Shown here: piece by piece, positions 50,921 to 60,966 of the stretch
Numbering within the stretch: the stretch's first letter is position 1
Layout of the letters: each line of letters starts with the position of its first letter
Assembly: GCA_965203485.1 (NCBI GenBank)
Contig: OZ241892.1
Span: forward strand, 1,312,001-1,376,000
Direction: 5' to 3'
Length of the DNA: 64,000 bases
Source of the DNA: Longimicrobiales bacterium
GTDB lineage: Bacteria > Gemmatimonadota > Gemmatimonadetes > Longimicrobiales > Gaopeijiaceae
Program-made: the position numbers and the translations under genes
The notes under the pieces: model-generated
Seen by the model: only the letters and a program-made list of their open reading frames with translations
Database searches by the model: none
Told to the model about the DNA's origin: nothing

Positions 50921-51808
50921 ATGAGACCGTACGAGATCGTCTACGTTCTGGATGCCTCGCTGGACCGGGACGCCGCCGCCGAGAAGATCGACGGCTTCCA
51001 CGAAGTTCTGGGCGGCGAAGTCGAAGCCGTCGACCACTGGGGCGTACGCCGGCTGGCCTACCCGATCGCGAAGGCCCGCTTGGCGTACTACGCGGTCGCG
51101 CACGTGAAGGCGGAGCCGTCCGCGTTGCCCGAGTTCGAGCGCCGGCTGAGGCTCGACGAACAGGTCGTCCGCTACTTGCTGGTGCTCAACGAGGGCCAGC
51201 CGACGTCCGGGGACTCGATCTTCGCGCAGGCGGCGAAGGCGGCCGAGGAGGACGCCGGCGGAGACGAGGGAACGCCCGGCAAGAACGGCGGCGACCCGAG
51301 CGCCGCGCCTGCCGAGACCGACGAGAACGGCGGTGGCGAGAGCCCCTCGACGGCGGAAGGCGGCGCCGATTCGGGAGACGAGACGCCCGCGCCCGCGGAG
51401 GCGCCGGGCGAGCCGGATGCCGGAGCGGCGGAGAGCGGCGAAGGGTCGAGCGGCTCGGGCGGCGGAACTGGGCCCGCCGCCGAGACCGGCGAGACCGCCT
51501 CGGGGCCGGGCGACGGAGCCGAGGCCGCGCGAGGCGAAGAGGGCGAGAGCGAACGGACGGCTCCCGTCCACGGCCCCCCGGAGTTTTCGGGCGCGCGAGG
51601 CCGAGGCCGCCGCCACGACGCGCCCCGCATCCTGCTCCTCGACTACAAGGACGTGGCGACGCTGTCCCACTTCGTGAGCGAGCAGGGCAAGATCCTGCCG
51701 AAGCGCACCACCAAGGTGACTGCCCGCTTCCAGCGCCGGCTCGGCACGGCCGTGAAGCGCGCCCGCTACCTCGCCTTGCTGCCCTACGTCCGCGACCACG
51801 GGAGCTGA
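50921..51808 (+). CDS. rpsF-rpsR: Fused ribosomal proteins S6 and S18 with acidic linker
   Basis: [10 protein letters not shown]...[10 protein letters not shown]...VVRYL, then about 125 aa low-complexity linker, then DYKD...GKILPKR...QRRL...[11 protein letters not shown]; single frame, no stop. Confidence 0.92.
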   Translation: MRPYEIVYVLDASLDRDAAAEKIDGFHEVLGGEVEAVDHWGVRRLAYPIAKARLAYYAVAHVKAEPSALPEFERRLRLDEQVVRYLLVLNEGQPTSGDSIFAQAAKAAEEDAGGDEGTPGKNGGDPSAAPAETDENGGGESPSTAEGGADSGDETPAPAEAPGEPDAGAAESGEGSSGSGGGTGPAAETGETASGPGDGAEAARGEEGESERTAPVHGPPEFSGARGRGRRHDAPRILLLDYKDVATLSHFVSEQGKILPKRTTKVTARFQRRLGTAVKRARYLALLPYVRDHGS

Positions 51809-51812
51809 TCCC

Positions 51813-52268
51813 ATGAAAGTCGTCTTGCGCAAGCGCGTGGCCAAGCTGGGCGACGCCGGCGACGTGCTCAGCGTCAAGCCCGGCTTCGCCCGCAACTACT
51901 TGGTCCCGCAGGGGCTGGCCTACGCCGCGTCGCCCGCCGCCGTCCGCGCCATCGAGGAGGAACGGCGGCGCAGCGCCGAGGAGGCGCGCAAGAACTACCT
52001 CGAGGCCAGGCGGCGCGCGGCCCGGCTGGAGGGCGTCGTCGTCACCGTCGCGGCCAAGGCCGGCGAGGCCGGGCGGCTCTTCGGGTCGGTGGGTCCCAGG
52101 GACGTGCTCGACGCGGTGCACGCGTCCGGCATCGACTTCCGCCTGGAGCTGCGGACGCTGCAGCTGGCCGATCCGATCAAGGCGGTGGGCGAGCACCGAG
52201 TCGGCGTTCGCCTGCACGCGGACGTGACGGCCGAGATCGGCGTCGTCGTGGAGGCCGAAGCGGATTGA
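51813..52268 (+). CDS. rplI: 50S ribosomal protein L9
   Basis: MKVVL, VKPGFARNYLVP, RLFGSV, PIKAVG. Confidence 0.96.
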   Translation: MKVVLRKRVAKLGDAGDVLSVKPGFARNYLVPQGLAYAASPAAVRAIEEERRRSAEEARKNYLEARRRAARLEGVVVTVAAKAGEAGRLFGSVGPRDVLDAVHASGIDFRLELRTLQLADPIKAVGEHRVGVRLHADVTAEIGVVVEAEAD

Positions 52269-52292
52269 TTCCGGTGCGAAGGACATCCGCGC

Positions 52293-52658
52293 GTGCCTGA
52301 AGACCAGCAGCTCGCGATGATGCCGTCGGTGCGGCGGGCCGTCCGTTGCGCGATCGAGCGAAAGGCGCGGGACGTGACGGTCATGGACCTGCGCAAGCTG
52401 TCGTCCGTCACCGACTTCTTCGTGATCGCCACGGGCCGCTCCGACGTCCATGCGCGCACCATCGCCGAGCACGTCATCGACTCGTCCAAGCGCGACGGCA
52501 GGGGACCGGAGACGGTCGAGGGCCTGGACCAGGGACGCTGGGTCCTCGTGGACTACATCGACTACGTGGTCCACGTCTTTCAGCCGTCCGTGCGGGAGTA
52601 CTACCAGCTGGAACTTCTGTGGGGGGACGCGAAGACCGTCGTCGTGGAAGACGCTTGA
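52293..52658 (+). CDS. rsfS: Ribosome silencing factor
   Basis: TDFFVIATG, WVLVDY, VVHVF, REYYQLELLW. Confidence 0.93.
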   Translation: MPEDQQLAMMPSVRRAVRCAIERKARDVTVMDLRKLSSVTDFFVIATGRSDVHARTIAEHVIDSSKRDGRGPETVEGLDQGRWVLVDYIDYVVHVFQPSVREYYQLELLWGDAKTVVVEDA

Positions 52659-52722
52659 GCGCCGGGTCCGCTGGCAACCGGCCCGGGGCCTTGCGGGCCG
52701 TGCCGGTCCGGCGGGAGGTCTC

Positions 52723-55700
52723 GTGAAGCTCAAGTCCCTGAAGATGCAGGGCTTCAAGTCGTTCCCAGAATCGACGCGGGTGGAGTTCCACGAGGGCATC
52801 ACGGCCGTGGTGGGGCCGAACGGATGCGGCAAGTCGAACATCGCCGACGCGGTTCGCTGGGTTCTGGGCGAACAGCGTCCGACCGCGATCCGCGGGGCGC
52901 GCATGGAGGAGGCGATCTTCCAGGGGACGGTTTCGCGCAGGCCGGTGGGCAGGGCCTCCGTCTCGCTTCTGGTGTCCAACGAGGATGGCACGCTTCCCGT
53001 GCCCTTCGAGGAGGTCGAGCTCTCTCGCGCAGTCTACCGCGACGGCGGCAGCGAGTACCGGCTCAACCGGACGCCGTGCCGGTTGCGCGACGTGGTGGAC
53101 CTGTGCCGCGACACGGGCCTGGGAGCGAGCGGGTACTCGGTCATCGAAGCTCGAATGATCGACGCCATCTTGTCGGGCCGGGCCGAGGAGAGGCGAGCTC
53201 TCTTCGAGGAGGCCGCGGGCATAGGCAAGTACAAGGACCGCCGCCGAACGGCGCTGCGCCGCTTGGATGCGTCCGAGATCGACCTGCAGCGGGTCGAGAC
53301 CGTCGTCGAGGAGGTGCGCTCGAAGGTCCGTTCGCTCGCGCGGCAACGGGGCAAGGCGCAGCGATGGAAGGATCTTCGGGCCCGCCGGCTGGTGGTGGAG
53401 CTCGCGGTGGCGCGCCACCGGACTGCCGGTCTCGAGGAGCGCTTGGCGCGCATCGACGCCGAACTCCGGTCGGGACGGAGCGAGGGCGCGGCGGACGAAG
53501 CGCGGCTGGCGGCGGCGGAGGCCGACCTGGAGCGCGCGCGGCTCGGGCGGGTCGAAGCCGAGAAGACGCGCGCTGAGGCCGCCCAGGCGCTGGACCAGGC
53601 AGGCGCGCGGCTGGCGAGCATCGAGAAGGAGAGCGCGGTGGCGGCCGTTCAGATCGAAGCGGGACAGCGGCGCTTGGACCAGATCGCCGAGGAGGAGGCG
53701 AATCTGGAGGAGGTGCGGGGACGCTCGTCCACCGAGCTGGCGGGGCTACGGGAGGAACTCGCGGCGCAGAGGTCGTCGCTGGAGGCCGCCGCCGCGGAGT
53801 TGGCCGGGCGCCGCGCCGCGTCCGCCGAAGCGGCGAGTCGGCTGGAAGGCGCCCGCGGCGCCGCGGGCGAGCTCGAGGCGCGGCGAGGAGAGCTGGCCCG
53901 GCGTCTCGCGCAGTTGCGAGGCGACCGCGAAAGCGCCCGGACCCGGGCCGCCGAGCTCGAGCGGCGCCATGCGCAGCTGACGGAGGACTCGGAACGCGGC
54001 GCCGCGGCATTGCGGGACTTGCGGACCCAGGGCGACTTGTTCTCGGAGCGGAGCGCGGAGATGGCCCGCAAGGCCGCCGAGGCGGCCGAGGTTGCGGACG
54101 ACGCCCGCCGCGGCTCGGCAAAGGCGCGCGAACGCTTGGCGGAGGCGCGCGAACGCGAGATGGGGTTCGAGTCGCAGATCGCGGGCCTCGCGGCCGAAGC
54201 CGCCGGGTTGCGGAGGGCCGCGGAAGCAGGCGGCGACCTGGAAGCGATGGCGCGTGCCGCGCAGGCAGCCTTTCCGGACCGGGTGCGCGGGCTCCTGGCG
54301 GACTTCGTGAGCGCCCGGCCCGGCGACGAGAAGGTCGTGGACGACGCGCTGGGCGCGCTCGGCTTCGCGTTGCTGGTCGGCGCCCCCGAGGACGCCGACG
54401 CCGTTGCGGACTGGTACTTGGCCGAACCCGGACGCGAGGCGGGGCTGGCGTTGCTGCCCGTCGGCACGGCCCCGGCCCCCGCCGGCCCGCTTCCGCCGGG
54501 GGTCTCGGCGAGCGGGCAGGGCGCGGCCTGGGCGGAGGCGGTGCTCGGCGGCATCAGCGTTCGAGGCGCCGGGCCGCGGGCCGAGGCCGGGGCGGCGTCG
54601 GCCGGATCGCTCGATTTCGCCGGGTCGGGGTGGACGGACTCGTTCGGGGCAGTCCACTTGGTGCCCGAGCGCGGGGTTGCCGGGCCCGTCGAGAGAGCCG
54701 CCCACATGGATGCCCTGGAGTCGCAGCTCCAGCGGCTTCGCGTTGATCTAGAAACTGCTGTAAGTGAGCGTACACAAGCCGAGGAAGAACAATCACTTAG
54801 AGACGCGTCTTCCGACGCGGCCGCGGAGCGTCTTCTCAAGGCGCGCGACGACGCCCGCTCGGCTCAGGCCGAGGCCGCCGCCCGCTCCGACGAGCACGAG
54901 CGGCTGAGCCGCCACCAGGCCGAGACGGCCCAGCGCGTGGAGTCGACGAAGGCCGCTCGCGCCGAGGCGGCCGAGCGTGAGCGGGCGGCAGGCCGCGAGA
55001 TCGAGGCCTCTGCCGACGAGGAGAGCGCGCTGGCCTCGAAGACGGACGACTGTCGGACGAAGCTTCAGGACGCGGAGAGAGCGTGGGAGGCGGCGCGCGA
55101 GACGCAGTCGGAAGCCGCGGTTCGAGCTACCCGCGTCGAGAGCGCGTGCGAGCGCCTCGACGGGCGCGTGTCGGACGGCGTCGCCTCGGTGGACGGCGCG
55201 ACCGCCAGGATCGGCGAACTCCAAGCCGAGGCCGCCGCCTTGGAAGCGGAAGGCGCGCGGCTCAAGACGGCGGCGCAGGAGGCCGAGGCGCAGCTGGAGG
55301 GGCTCTTCGGCCGACGCGACGACGCCCGCGCGGCTCTGTCGGCCCGGGATCGTGTTCTCGACGAGGCCCGCGAGGCCGAGGGCGAACTGGAACGCCGCGT
55401 CCGCGAAGTTCGCGCCGCCGAGCGCAAGTCGGCCGAGCGCAGGCACGAGCTGGAACTGGACCGCCAAGACTTGGCCAACCAGCTCGGCCGCGTCGCCGAG
55501 CGCATCGAGGCCGAGTGGGGCCGCGCGCTGGACGCGCTCCTGGCCGAGACGAAGCCGGCCGACGGCGGCCTGGAGGAACTGGAGGCCGAGCTGGCCGACA
55601 TCGTGCACCGGCAGGGCCGCATGGGTCCCGTCAACATGCTCGCCGTCGAGGAGCACGCGGAGGAAAAGGAGCGGCTGGAATTCTTGGAGCGCCAGCGCCG

Positions 55701-56244
55701 GGACCTGGCCGCCGCCCGCGACGACCTGCGTTCCGCCGTGCGCGGCATCAACGCCAGAGCCACGGAGCTGTTCACGAGCACGTTCGAGGCGGTGCGCGAG
55801 CACTTTCGGCGAACGTTCATGCGCCTCTTCAGCGGCGGCGAGGCCGACCTCTGGCTGGCGGATCCCGACGACCCGCTGGAGTCTCCGGTCGAGATTCACG
55901 CCGCGCCGAGAGGCAAGCGGACGCAGCGCATCGACCTGCTCTCGGGCGGCGAGCGCGCGCTGACGGCATTGTCCCTCTTGTTCGGCATTTATCTCTACAA
56001 GCCCAGTCCGTTCTGCTTTCTCGACGAGGTGGACGCCCCTCTCGACGAGGCCAACATCGCGCGCTTCGTTCGCCTGCTCGATGCCTTCAAGGCCGAGACT
56101 CAGTTCGTGGTGATCACCCACAACCCCCGCACGATCGAGGCGGCCGACTGGATATACGGGGTAACCATGGAGGAGCCGGGCGTGTCCTCGATCGTCGGCG
56201 TGCAGCTGGAGCAGGCGGCGGAAGCGCGGGGGACGGCCGCATGA
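52723..56244 (+). CDS. smc: Chromosome segregation protein SMC
   Basis: GFKSF, GPNGCGKSN, FEEAAG, coiled coils, LSGGE, LDEVDAPLD, ITH. Confidence 0.95.
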   Translation: MKLKSLKMQGFKSFPESTRVEFHEGITAVVGPNGCGKSNIADAVRWVLGEQRPTAIRGARMEEAIFQGTVSRRPVGRASVSLLVSNEDGTLPVPFEEVELSRAVYRDGGSEYRLNRTPCRLRDVVDLCRDTGLGASGYSVIEARMIDAILSGRAEERRALFEEAAGIGKYKDRRRTALRRLDASEIDLQRVETVVEEVRSKVRSLARQRGKAQRWKDLRARRLVVELAVARHRTAGLEERLARIDAELRSGRSEGAADEARLAAAEADLERARLGRVEAEKTRAEAAQALDQAGARLASIEKESAVAAVQIEAGQRRLDQIAEEEANLEEVRGRSSTELAGLREELAAQRSSLEAAAAELAGRRAASAEAASRLEGARGAAGELEARRGELARRLAQLRGDRESARTRAAELERRHAQLTEDSERGAAALRDLRTQGDLFSERSAEMARKAAEAAEVADDARRGSAKARERLAEAREREMGFESQIAGLAAEAAGLRRAAEAGGDLEAMARAAQAAFPDRVRGLLADFVSARPGDEKVVDDALGALGFALLVGAPEDADAVADWYLAEPGREAGLALLPVGTAPAPAGPLPPGVSASGQGAAWAEAVLGGISVRGAGPRAEAGAASAGSLDFAGSGWTDSFGAVHLVPERGVAGPVERAAHMDALESQLQRLRVDLETAVSERTQAEEEQSLRDASSDAAAERLLKARDDARSAQAEAAARSDEHERLSRHQAETAQRVESTKAARAEAAERERAAGREIEASADEESALASKTDDCRTKLQDAERAWEAARETQSEAAVRATRVESACERLDGRVSDGVASVDGATARIGELQAEAAALEAEGARLKTAAQEAEAQLEGLFGRRDDARAALSARDRVLDEAREAEGELERRVREVRAAERKSAERRHELELDRQDLANQLGRVAERIEAEWGRALDALLAETKPADGGLEELEAELADIVHRQGRMGPVNMLAVEEHAEEKERLEFLERQRRDLAAARDDLRSAVRGINARATELFTSTFEAVREHFRRTFMRLFSGGEADLWLADPDDPLESPVEIHAAPRGKRTQRIDLLSGGERALTALSLLFGIYLYKPSPFCFLDEVDAPLDEANIARFVRLLDAFKAETQFVVITHNPRTIEAADWIYGVTMEEPGVSSIVGVQLEQAAEARGTAA

Positions 56245-56284
56245 ACGGTGGGCAGCTGGCGGTCCGAGCGAACGGAGCGGGGCC

Positions 56285-57331
56285 GTGCTGATCGTCATGG
56301 ACCACCGGGCCACGTCCGGCGACATCCAGCGCGTCGTCGACACGATCGGCGCCATGGGCTACGGCGCGAAGCCGATACCCGGCCGCCAGCGGACGGCGAT
56401 CGGCTTGGTGGGCAACGACGGCCGCATCGATTCGGCGCGGCTCGAAGGGCTCCCGGGCGTGCGCGAGGTCATCAAGGTGAGCAAGCCCTACAAGCAGGTG
56501 TCCCGCGAGTGGAGGGAAGAGGACACCCTGATCGAGCTGGGCAACGGCGTCGTGCTGGGCGGCCCCGAAGTGGTCGTCATGGCGGGCCCGTGCGCCGTCG
56601 AGAGCCGGGAGCAGATACTCGAGGTGGCGGACCAAGTGCGCGACTTGGGCGCAACCGTGCTGAGGGGCGGGGCGTTCAAGCCCAGGACGTCGCCGTATTC
56701 GTTCCAGGGGCTCGGGGCCGAGGCGCTCGAGCACATGGCGGAGGCGCGGGAGCGCACGGGACTGGCGATCGTCACCGAAGCGGTCGACTCGGAGAGCGCG
56801 GAGCAGGTGGCCGAGCATGCCGACGTGATCCAGATTGGCGCGCGCAACATGCAGAACTACCGGCTGCTGCGTTGCGCGGGCCGCGCGGGCAAGCCCGTAC
56901 TGCTGAAGCGCGGCATGTCCGCCACGATCACCGAGCTGCTGCTTGCCGCCGAGTACCTGCTGAGCGAAGGGAACGCGGCGGTCGCGCTCTGCGAGCGAGG
57001 AGTGCGCAGCTTCGACCAGTCGACCCGCAACCTGCTCGACCTTACGGCCGTCCCGCTCGTCAAGTCCCTCACCCACTTGCCGATCGTCGCCGACCCCAGC
57101 CACGGCACCGGGGTGCGCACCAAGGTCACGCCGATGGCGAGGGCCGCCGTGGCCGCCGGCGCCGACGGCCTGATCGTCGAAGTGCACCCGGACCCGCCCG
57201 AGGCCCTCTCCGACGGCGCCCAGAGCCTCTATCCGGCCCAGTTCGCCGAACTGGTGGCCCAGTGCGGCTCCATCGCCGCGGCGATCGACCGGTCGCTGGC
57301 CGTTCTGCCCGGCGCCCGCCCCCCACGCTAG
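56285..57331 (+). CDS. aroF: 3-deoxy-7-phosphoheptulonate synthase, type I-beta
   Basis: AGPCAVES, FKPRTSPYSFQG, QIGARNMQN, LLKRG, DPSHG, EVHP. Confidence 0.93.
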   Translation: MLIVMDHRATSGDIQRVVDTIGAMGYGAKPIPGRQRTAIGLVGNDGRIDSARLEGLPGVREVIKVSKPYKQVSREWREEDTLIELGNGVVLGGPEVVVMAGPCAVESREQILEVADQVRDLGATVLRGGAFKPRTSPYSFQGLGAEALEHMAEARERTGLAIVTEAVDSESAEQVAEHADVIQIGARNMQNYRLLRCAGRAGKPVLLKRGMSATITELLLAAEYLLSEGNAAVALCERGVRSFDQSTRNLLDLTAVPLVKSLTHLPIVADPSHGTGVRTKVTPMARAAVAAGADGLIVEVHPDPPEALSDGAQSLYPAQFAELVAQCGSIAAAIDRSLAVLPGARPPR

Positions 57332-57425
57332 CCCGCCGCGGCCGCGGTTGGGCGCCGCCCGGCATGCCCTTCGCCGACCCGTTTGGCCATGCCGTCGTCC
57401 CGCTTCGCGCGCCATCTTTTCGTTC

Positions 57426-57791
57426 ATGGCGGAGGCTTGGACGACAGGACGGCGCGGCGAAGACCTGGCGGCGGAGCACTTGGAGAAGCGCGGATGGGAG
57501 GTGCTCGCCCGAAACTACCGAGCCGGCCCGAAGGAGATCGACTTGATCGCGGCTCGCGACGGAGTGGTGGCGTTCGTAGAGGTGAAGACGCGGTCCACCC
57601 CTTCCGGCGGCACGCCGCTGGAGCCGATCGGCCGCTCCAAGCGACGGTCGGTCGAGGCGGCGGCGCGCCATTGGGTTCGAGCCCACGGACCGGCCGGCGC
57701 GGCATACCGCTTCGACGCGCTGGCCGTCACCACGCTCGGGGGCCGGGTTCGCGTCGAGCACGTGCCCGACGCCTGGCGGCCGGGCACGTAG
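57426..57791 (+). CDS. YraN family protein
   Basis: GRRGEDLA, ARNYR, EIDLIA, FVEVKTR, YRFD. Confidence 0.9.
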   Translation: MAEAWTTGRRGEDLAAEHLEKRGWEVLARNYRAGPKEIDLIAARDGVVAFVEVKTRSTPSGGTPLEPIGRSKRRSVEAAARHWVRAHGPAGAAYRFDALAVTTLGGRVRVEHVPDAWRPGT

Positions 57792-57995
57792 AGGCGGCGG
57801 CCGCGGATCGCCGGGCCCTTGCGGCGCCGCCGCGGCTCGGCCGCCGCAACGTGTTCCCCCGCTCCCGCGCGGCTCGGTCGGCCCGCTTGCGTCCGCGTCC
57901 TTGATCGTCGCCCGTTCGCCGCCGCGCGGTCCGGTCGGCGAAGCGCGGCCGGAGCGCGGTTCGCTTGCGCGTCCCGGGTTGCGTTAGCTTCCGGT

Positions 57996-58095
57996 GCGCC
58001 CCAGGTCCGCGGGACGGGAGCCCACGAACCCCGTCAGGACCTTGCCGGTAGCAGCGGTAAGTGCGGCGAGCGTTGTCGCGGAGTGCCTGGGGCGC
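57996..58095 (+). ncRNA. ffs: Small SRP (4.5S) RNA
   Basis: Terminal stem GCGCCCCAGG/CCTGGGGCGC; GAACCCCGTCAGG-ACC...GGT-AGCAGCGGTAAG helix-8 core; directly upstream of dnaX. Confidence 0.88.
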
Positions 58096-58150
58096 TTCGC
58101 CTCCCGTCGGCCGTCCGCGTCGTCAAGCTCCGTTGCTCCGAGAGGGCGCC

Positions 58151-59944
58151 GTGTCGCATCTCGCCCTAGCCCGCAAGTACAGGCCGCGCCGGTTCGGCGA
58201 AGTGGCGACCCAAGAGCACGTCTCGGAGACGCTCCGCCGCGCCGTGTCGGGCGAACGCGTGGGCCACGCCTACCTCTTCTGCGGCCCGCGCGGCGTCGGC
58301 AAGACCACGTTGGCCCGCGTCTTGGCGATGGCGCTCAACTGCGGGAAGCGGACCGAAGACGGGGAGCCCTGCGGCGAGTGCGGAGACTGCGAGCGGATCT
58401 GGGGCGGCCACACGTCGCTGGACGTCGTGGAGATCGACGCGGCATCCAACCGGGGGGTCGACGACGCCCGCGACCTTCGCCTGCGTGCCATGTTCGCTCC
58501 TTCGGAGGAAGGCCGGCACAAGGTCTACATCCTCGACGAGGCGCACATGCTGACGCGCGAGGCGTGGAACGCGCTGCTGAAGATATTGGAGGAGCCTCCG
58601 CCGAGGGTCGTCTTCGTCTTCGCCACCACGGAAGTGCGCAAGATCGAGCAGACGGCCGCGCCGATTCTCTCGCGTTGCCAGCGGTTCGACTTCAGGCGCA
58701 TCGGCACGTCCGACATCGTCGCCCGCCTGCGCGAGGTCCTCGGCGCCGAGAAGGTCGGGTACGCGGAAGAGGCGCTGAGCGCCATCGCGCGCCGGGCGAA
58801 CGGCGGGATGCGCGACGGGCTCTCGTTGCTCGACCAAGTGCTCGCGCTGTCGGACGGCGAGCTGGCCGCCCAGACCGTCGTGCGGGTGCTGGGCGTGGTT
58901 CCCGAGGAACGGTACCTGGCGTTGCTCGACGTGGTCTCCGAGCGCAAGCACGGCGAAGTCTTCGGATTCATGGACCGTCTGATCGACGAGGGATACGATC
59001 CGGTCGAGCTGTACCGGGGGCTTTCCGAGAGGATTCGGCTGCTGCTCCAACTGTCGGTGGGCGCGGCGCGCCAAGCCGGCGACGGGATGGACGGGGAGTC
59101 GCTCGCCAAGTACGGCGACGTGGCGGCGCGGTTCTCTCCGGGAGACCTGCTGCGGATGCTCGCCATGGCCACCGACCTGGAGACGGACGGCAGCCTGCGG
59201 CGCACCGGGCAGCCCCGCCTGCTCGTCGAGATGCTGCTGTTGCGGATGAGCTACATGGACCGGACGGTGGAACTCGAGGAGGTGATCCGGGCGCTGGGAG
59301 GCGGCATGCCTGCCTCGGGGAAAGCGTCGGCCGCCGCGTCCAGGTCCGACGATCGCCGCGCGAACGCGTCCGTCCAGGACTCTCGAAGCGGCGCAGCCAC
59401 GCCGTCGGCCGCGCCACGCCGTCCGCCCCGGGGCTCGTCGGCCGCCTCGGGTCCGGAGCCGCGCCGTCCCGTCGCCCGCCCGTCCACGGTCTCTCGCACG
59501 CCGCCGCCGGGCGAGGCTCCTCCGCCCGACAAGCGCCGCGAGACGGTTGCCGGAGCCGCGTCGGCCGTCGCAAGGCCGCTTGCGGAGGCGTGGCACGACG
59601 TCGTGAGGAGCCGCGGCGCGTTGCCGGGCGGGCTCTCGACCTTTCTGCACGGCGCGTCCGTCGCCGAGAAGGAGGGCCGCTTGGAGGTTGCGGTCCCGCC
59701 GGGCATGGGCCTGGACAGGCTCGAAGACCCCGGCGTGCGCCGAACGCTCGGGGAGGCGTTGGCCCGCAGCTCCGGGCGCGAGTCCGTTGAAGTTACCTTC
59801 ACAGTGGACGGCGACGCGACGCGCCCCGGCGAACCGCCGAGCGGCGGCGGGACGAGACGCGATCTGCGGATGCGGGAAGCGATCGAGCAGACGCCCGCTC
59901 TGGAGTGGGCCGTCGACCAGTTGGACCTGGATTTCGTGGACTGA
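58151..59944 (+). CDS. dnaX: DNA polymerase III subunit gamma/tau
   Basis: LARKYRP, GPRGVGKTT, EIDAASN, DEAHML, LEEPP, SRCQ. Confidence 0.96.
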   Translation: MSHLALARKYRPRRFGEVATQEHVSETLRRAVSGERVGHAYLFCGPRGVGKTTLARVLAMALNCGKRTEDGEPCGECGDCERIWGGHTSLDVVEIDAASNRGVDDARDLRLRAMFAPSEEGRHKVYILDEAHMLTREAWNALLKILEEPPPRVVFVFATTEVRKIEQTAAPILSRCQRFDFRRIGTSDIVARLREVLGAEKVGYAEEALSAIARRANGGMRDGLSLLDQVLALSDGELAAQTVVRVLGVVPEERYLALLDVVSERKHGEVFGFMDRLIDEGYDPVELYRGLSERIRLLLQLSVGAARQAGDGMDGESLAKYGDVAARFSPGDLLRMLAMATDLETDGSLRRTGQPRLLVEMLLLRMSYMDRTVELEEVIRALGGGMPASGKASAAASRSDDRRANASVQDSRSGAATPSAAPRRPPRGSSAASGPEPRRPVARPSTVSRTPPPGEAPPPDKRRETVAGAASAVARPLAEAWHDVVRSRGALPGGLSTFLHGASVAEKEGRLEVAVPPGMGLDRLEDPGVRRTLGEALARSSGRESVEVTFTVDGDATRPGEPPSGGGTRRDLRMREAIEQTPALEWAVDQLDLDFVD

Positions 59945-60011
59945 CGGACGACGATCCCCGCATGCGCCGTTCGAGTCCTGTGAGGCTTACCTCGTAACAC
60001 GGGCAAGCGAA

Positions 60012-60347
60012 ATGACCAACATCCAGCAACTAATGAACATCCAACAGCTGATGAAGATGGGGCAGTCCTTCCAGGATCGGATCAAGCAGGTTCAGGACAG
60101 CCTGGAGTCCGAAGTGCTGGAAGCGTCCGCGGGCGGCGGCATGGTCACGGCGCGAGTTACCGGAAAGGGCGACCTGACCGAACTCGTCATCGACCCGGCG
60201 GCGATCGATCCCGAGGACGCGGAGATGCTCGAGGACTTGGTCGTGGCGGCGGTGGCCGCGGCGCAGAAGAAGGCCAAGGGCTTCTCGGAAGAGCACATGC
60301 GGCGGGCGGCCGGCCAACTTCCGCTGGGGTTGTCCGGCCTGCTGTAG
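60012..60347 (+). CDS. YbaB/EbfC nucleoid-associated protein
   Basis: SAGGGMV, IDP, EMLEDLVVAA; between dnaX and recR. Confidence 0.93.
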   Translation: MTNIQQLMNIQQLMKMGQSFQDRIKQVQDSLESEVLEASAGGGMVTARVTGKGDLTELVIDPAAIDPEDAEMLEDLVVAAVAAAQKKAKGFSEEHMRRAAGQLPLGLSGLL

Positions 60348-60363
60348 GCGACTCGGGCGGTTC

Positions 60364-60966
60364 GTGTCGTCGATCGACAGCCTCGCGCAGGAGTTGCGCC
60401 GATTGCCTGGGATCGGCGCCAAGACCGCCTACCGCTTGACCTTCCATCTGGTCAAGGGGCCGTCCGAGCACCTGAGGCGCCTTGCGTCCGCGTTGCGCCA
60501 AGTGGCCGAACGGGTGCGGCCGTGCCCGGTCTGCGGCAACTATTGCGAAGACGAGACGTGCTCGGTGTGCGCCGATCCCCGGCGGGACCGCAGCGTGATC
60601 TGCGTCGTGGAGGAAGCGTACGAGGTGGGCGCCATCGAGCGAACCGGCCGGTACAAGGGACTTTTTCATGTCCTGGGCGGCCGCCTTTCGCCGCTCGACG
60701 GCGTTGGGCCCGAGTCGCTCTCGTTCGATCGGCTGCTGAGCCGCGTCGAGAGCGCCGGGGGCGAGCATGCCGAGGTCATCCTGGCCACGAACGCGAGCGT
60801 GGAGGGCGAAGCCACGGCAGTGTACCTGGAGGAGCTGCTCCGCTCGTTTCCGGTACGGGTGACGCGCCTCGCTCGGGGGATCCCGATCGGAAGCGACCTG
60901 GAGTACGTGGACGAGACGACGATTGCCGAAGCCCTGGCGGGGCGCCGGGAAATGCAGGTCTCGTGA
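60364..60966 (+). CDS. recR: Recombination mediator RecR
   Basis: LPGIGAKTA, C4 zinc finger, HVLGG, EGEATA, RLARGIP. Confidence 0.96.
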   Translation: MSSIDSLAQELRRLPGIGAKTAYRLTFHLVKGPSEHLRRLASALRQVAERVRPCPVCGNYCEDETCSVCADPRRDRSVICVVEEAYEVGAIERTGRYKGLFHVLGGRLSPLDGVGPESLSFDRLLSRVESAGGEHAEVILATNASVEGEATAVYLEELLRSFPVRVTRLARGIPIGSDLEYVDETTIAEALAGRREMQVS

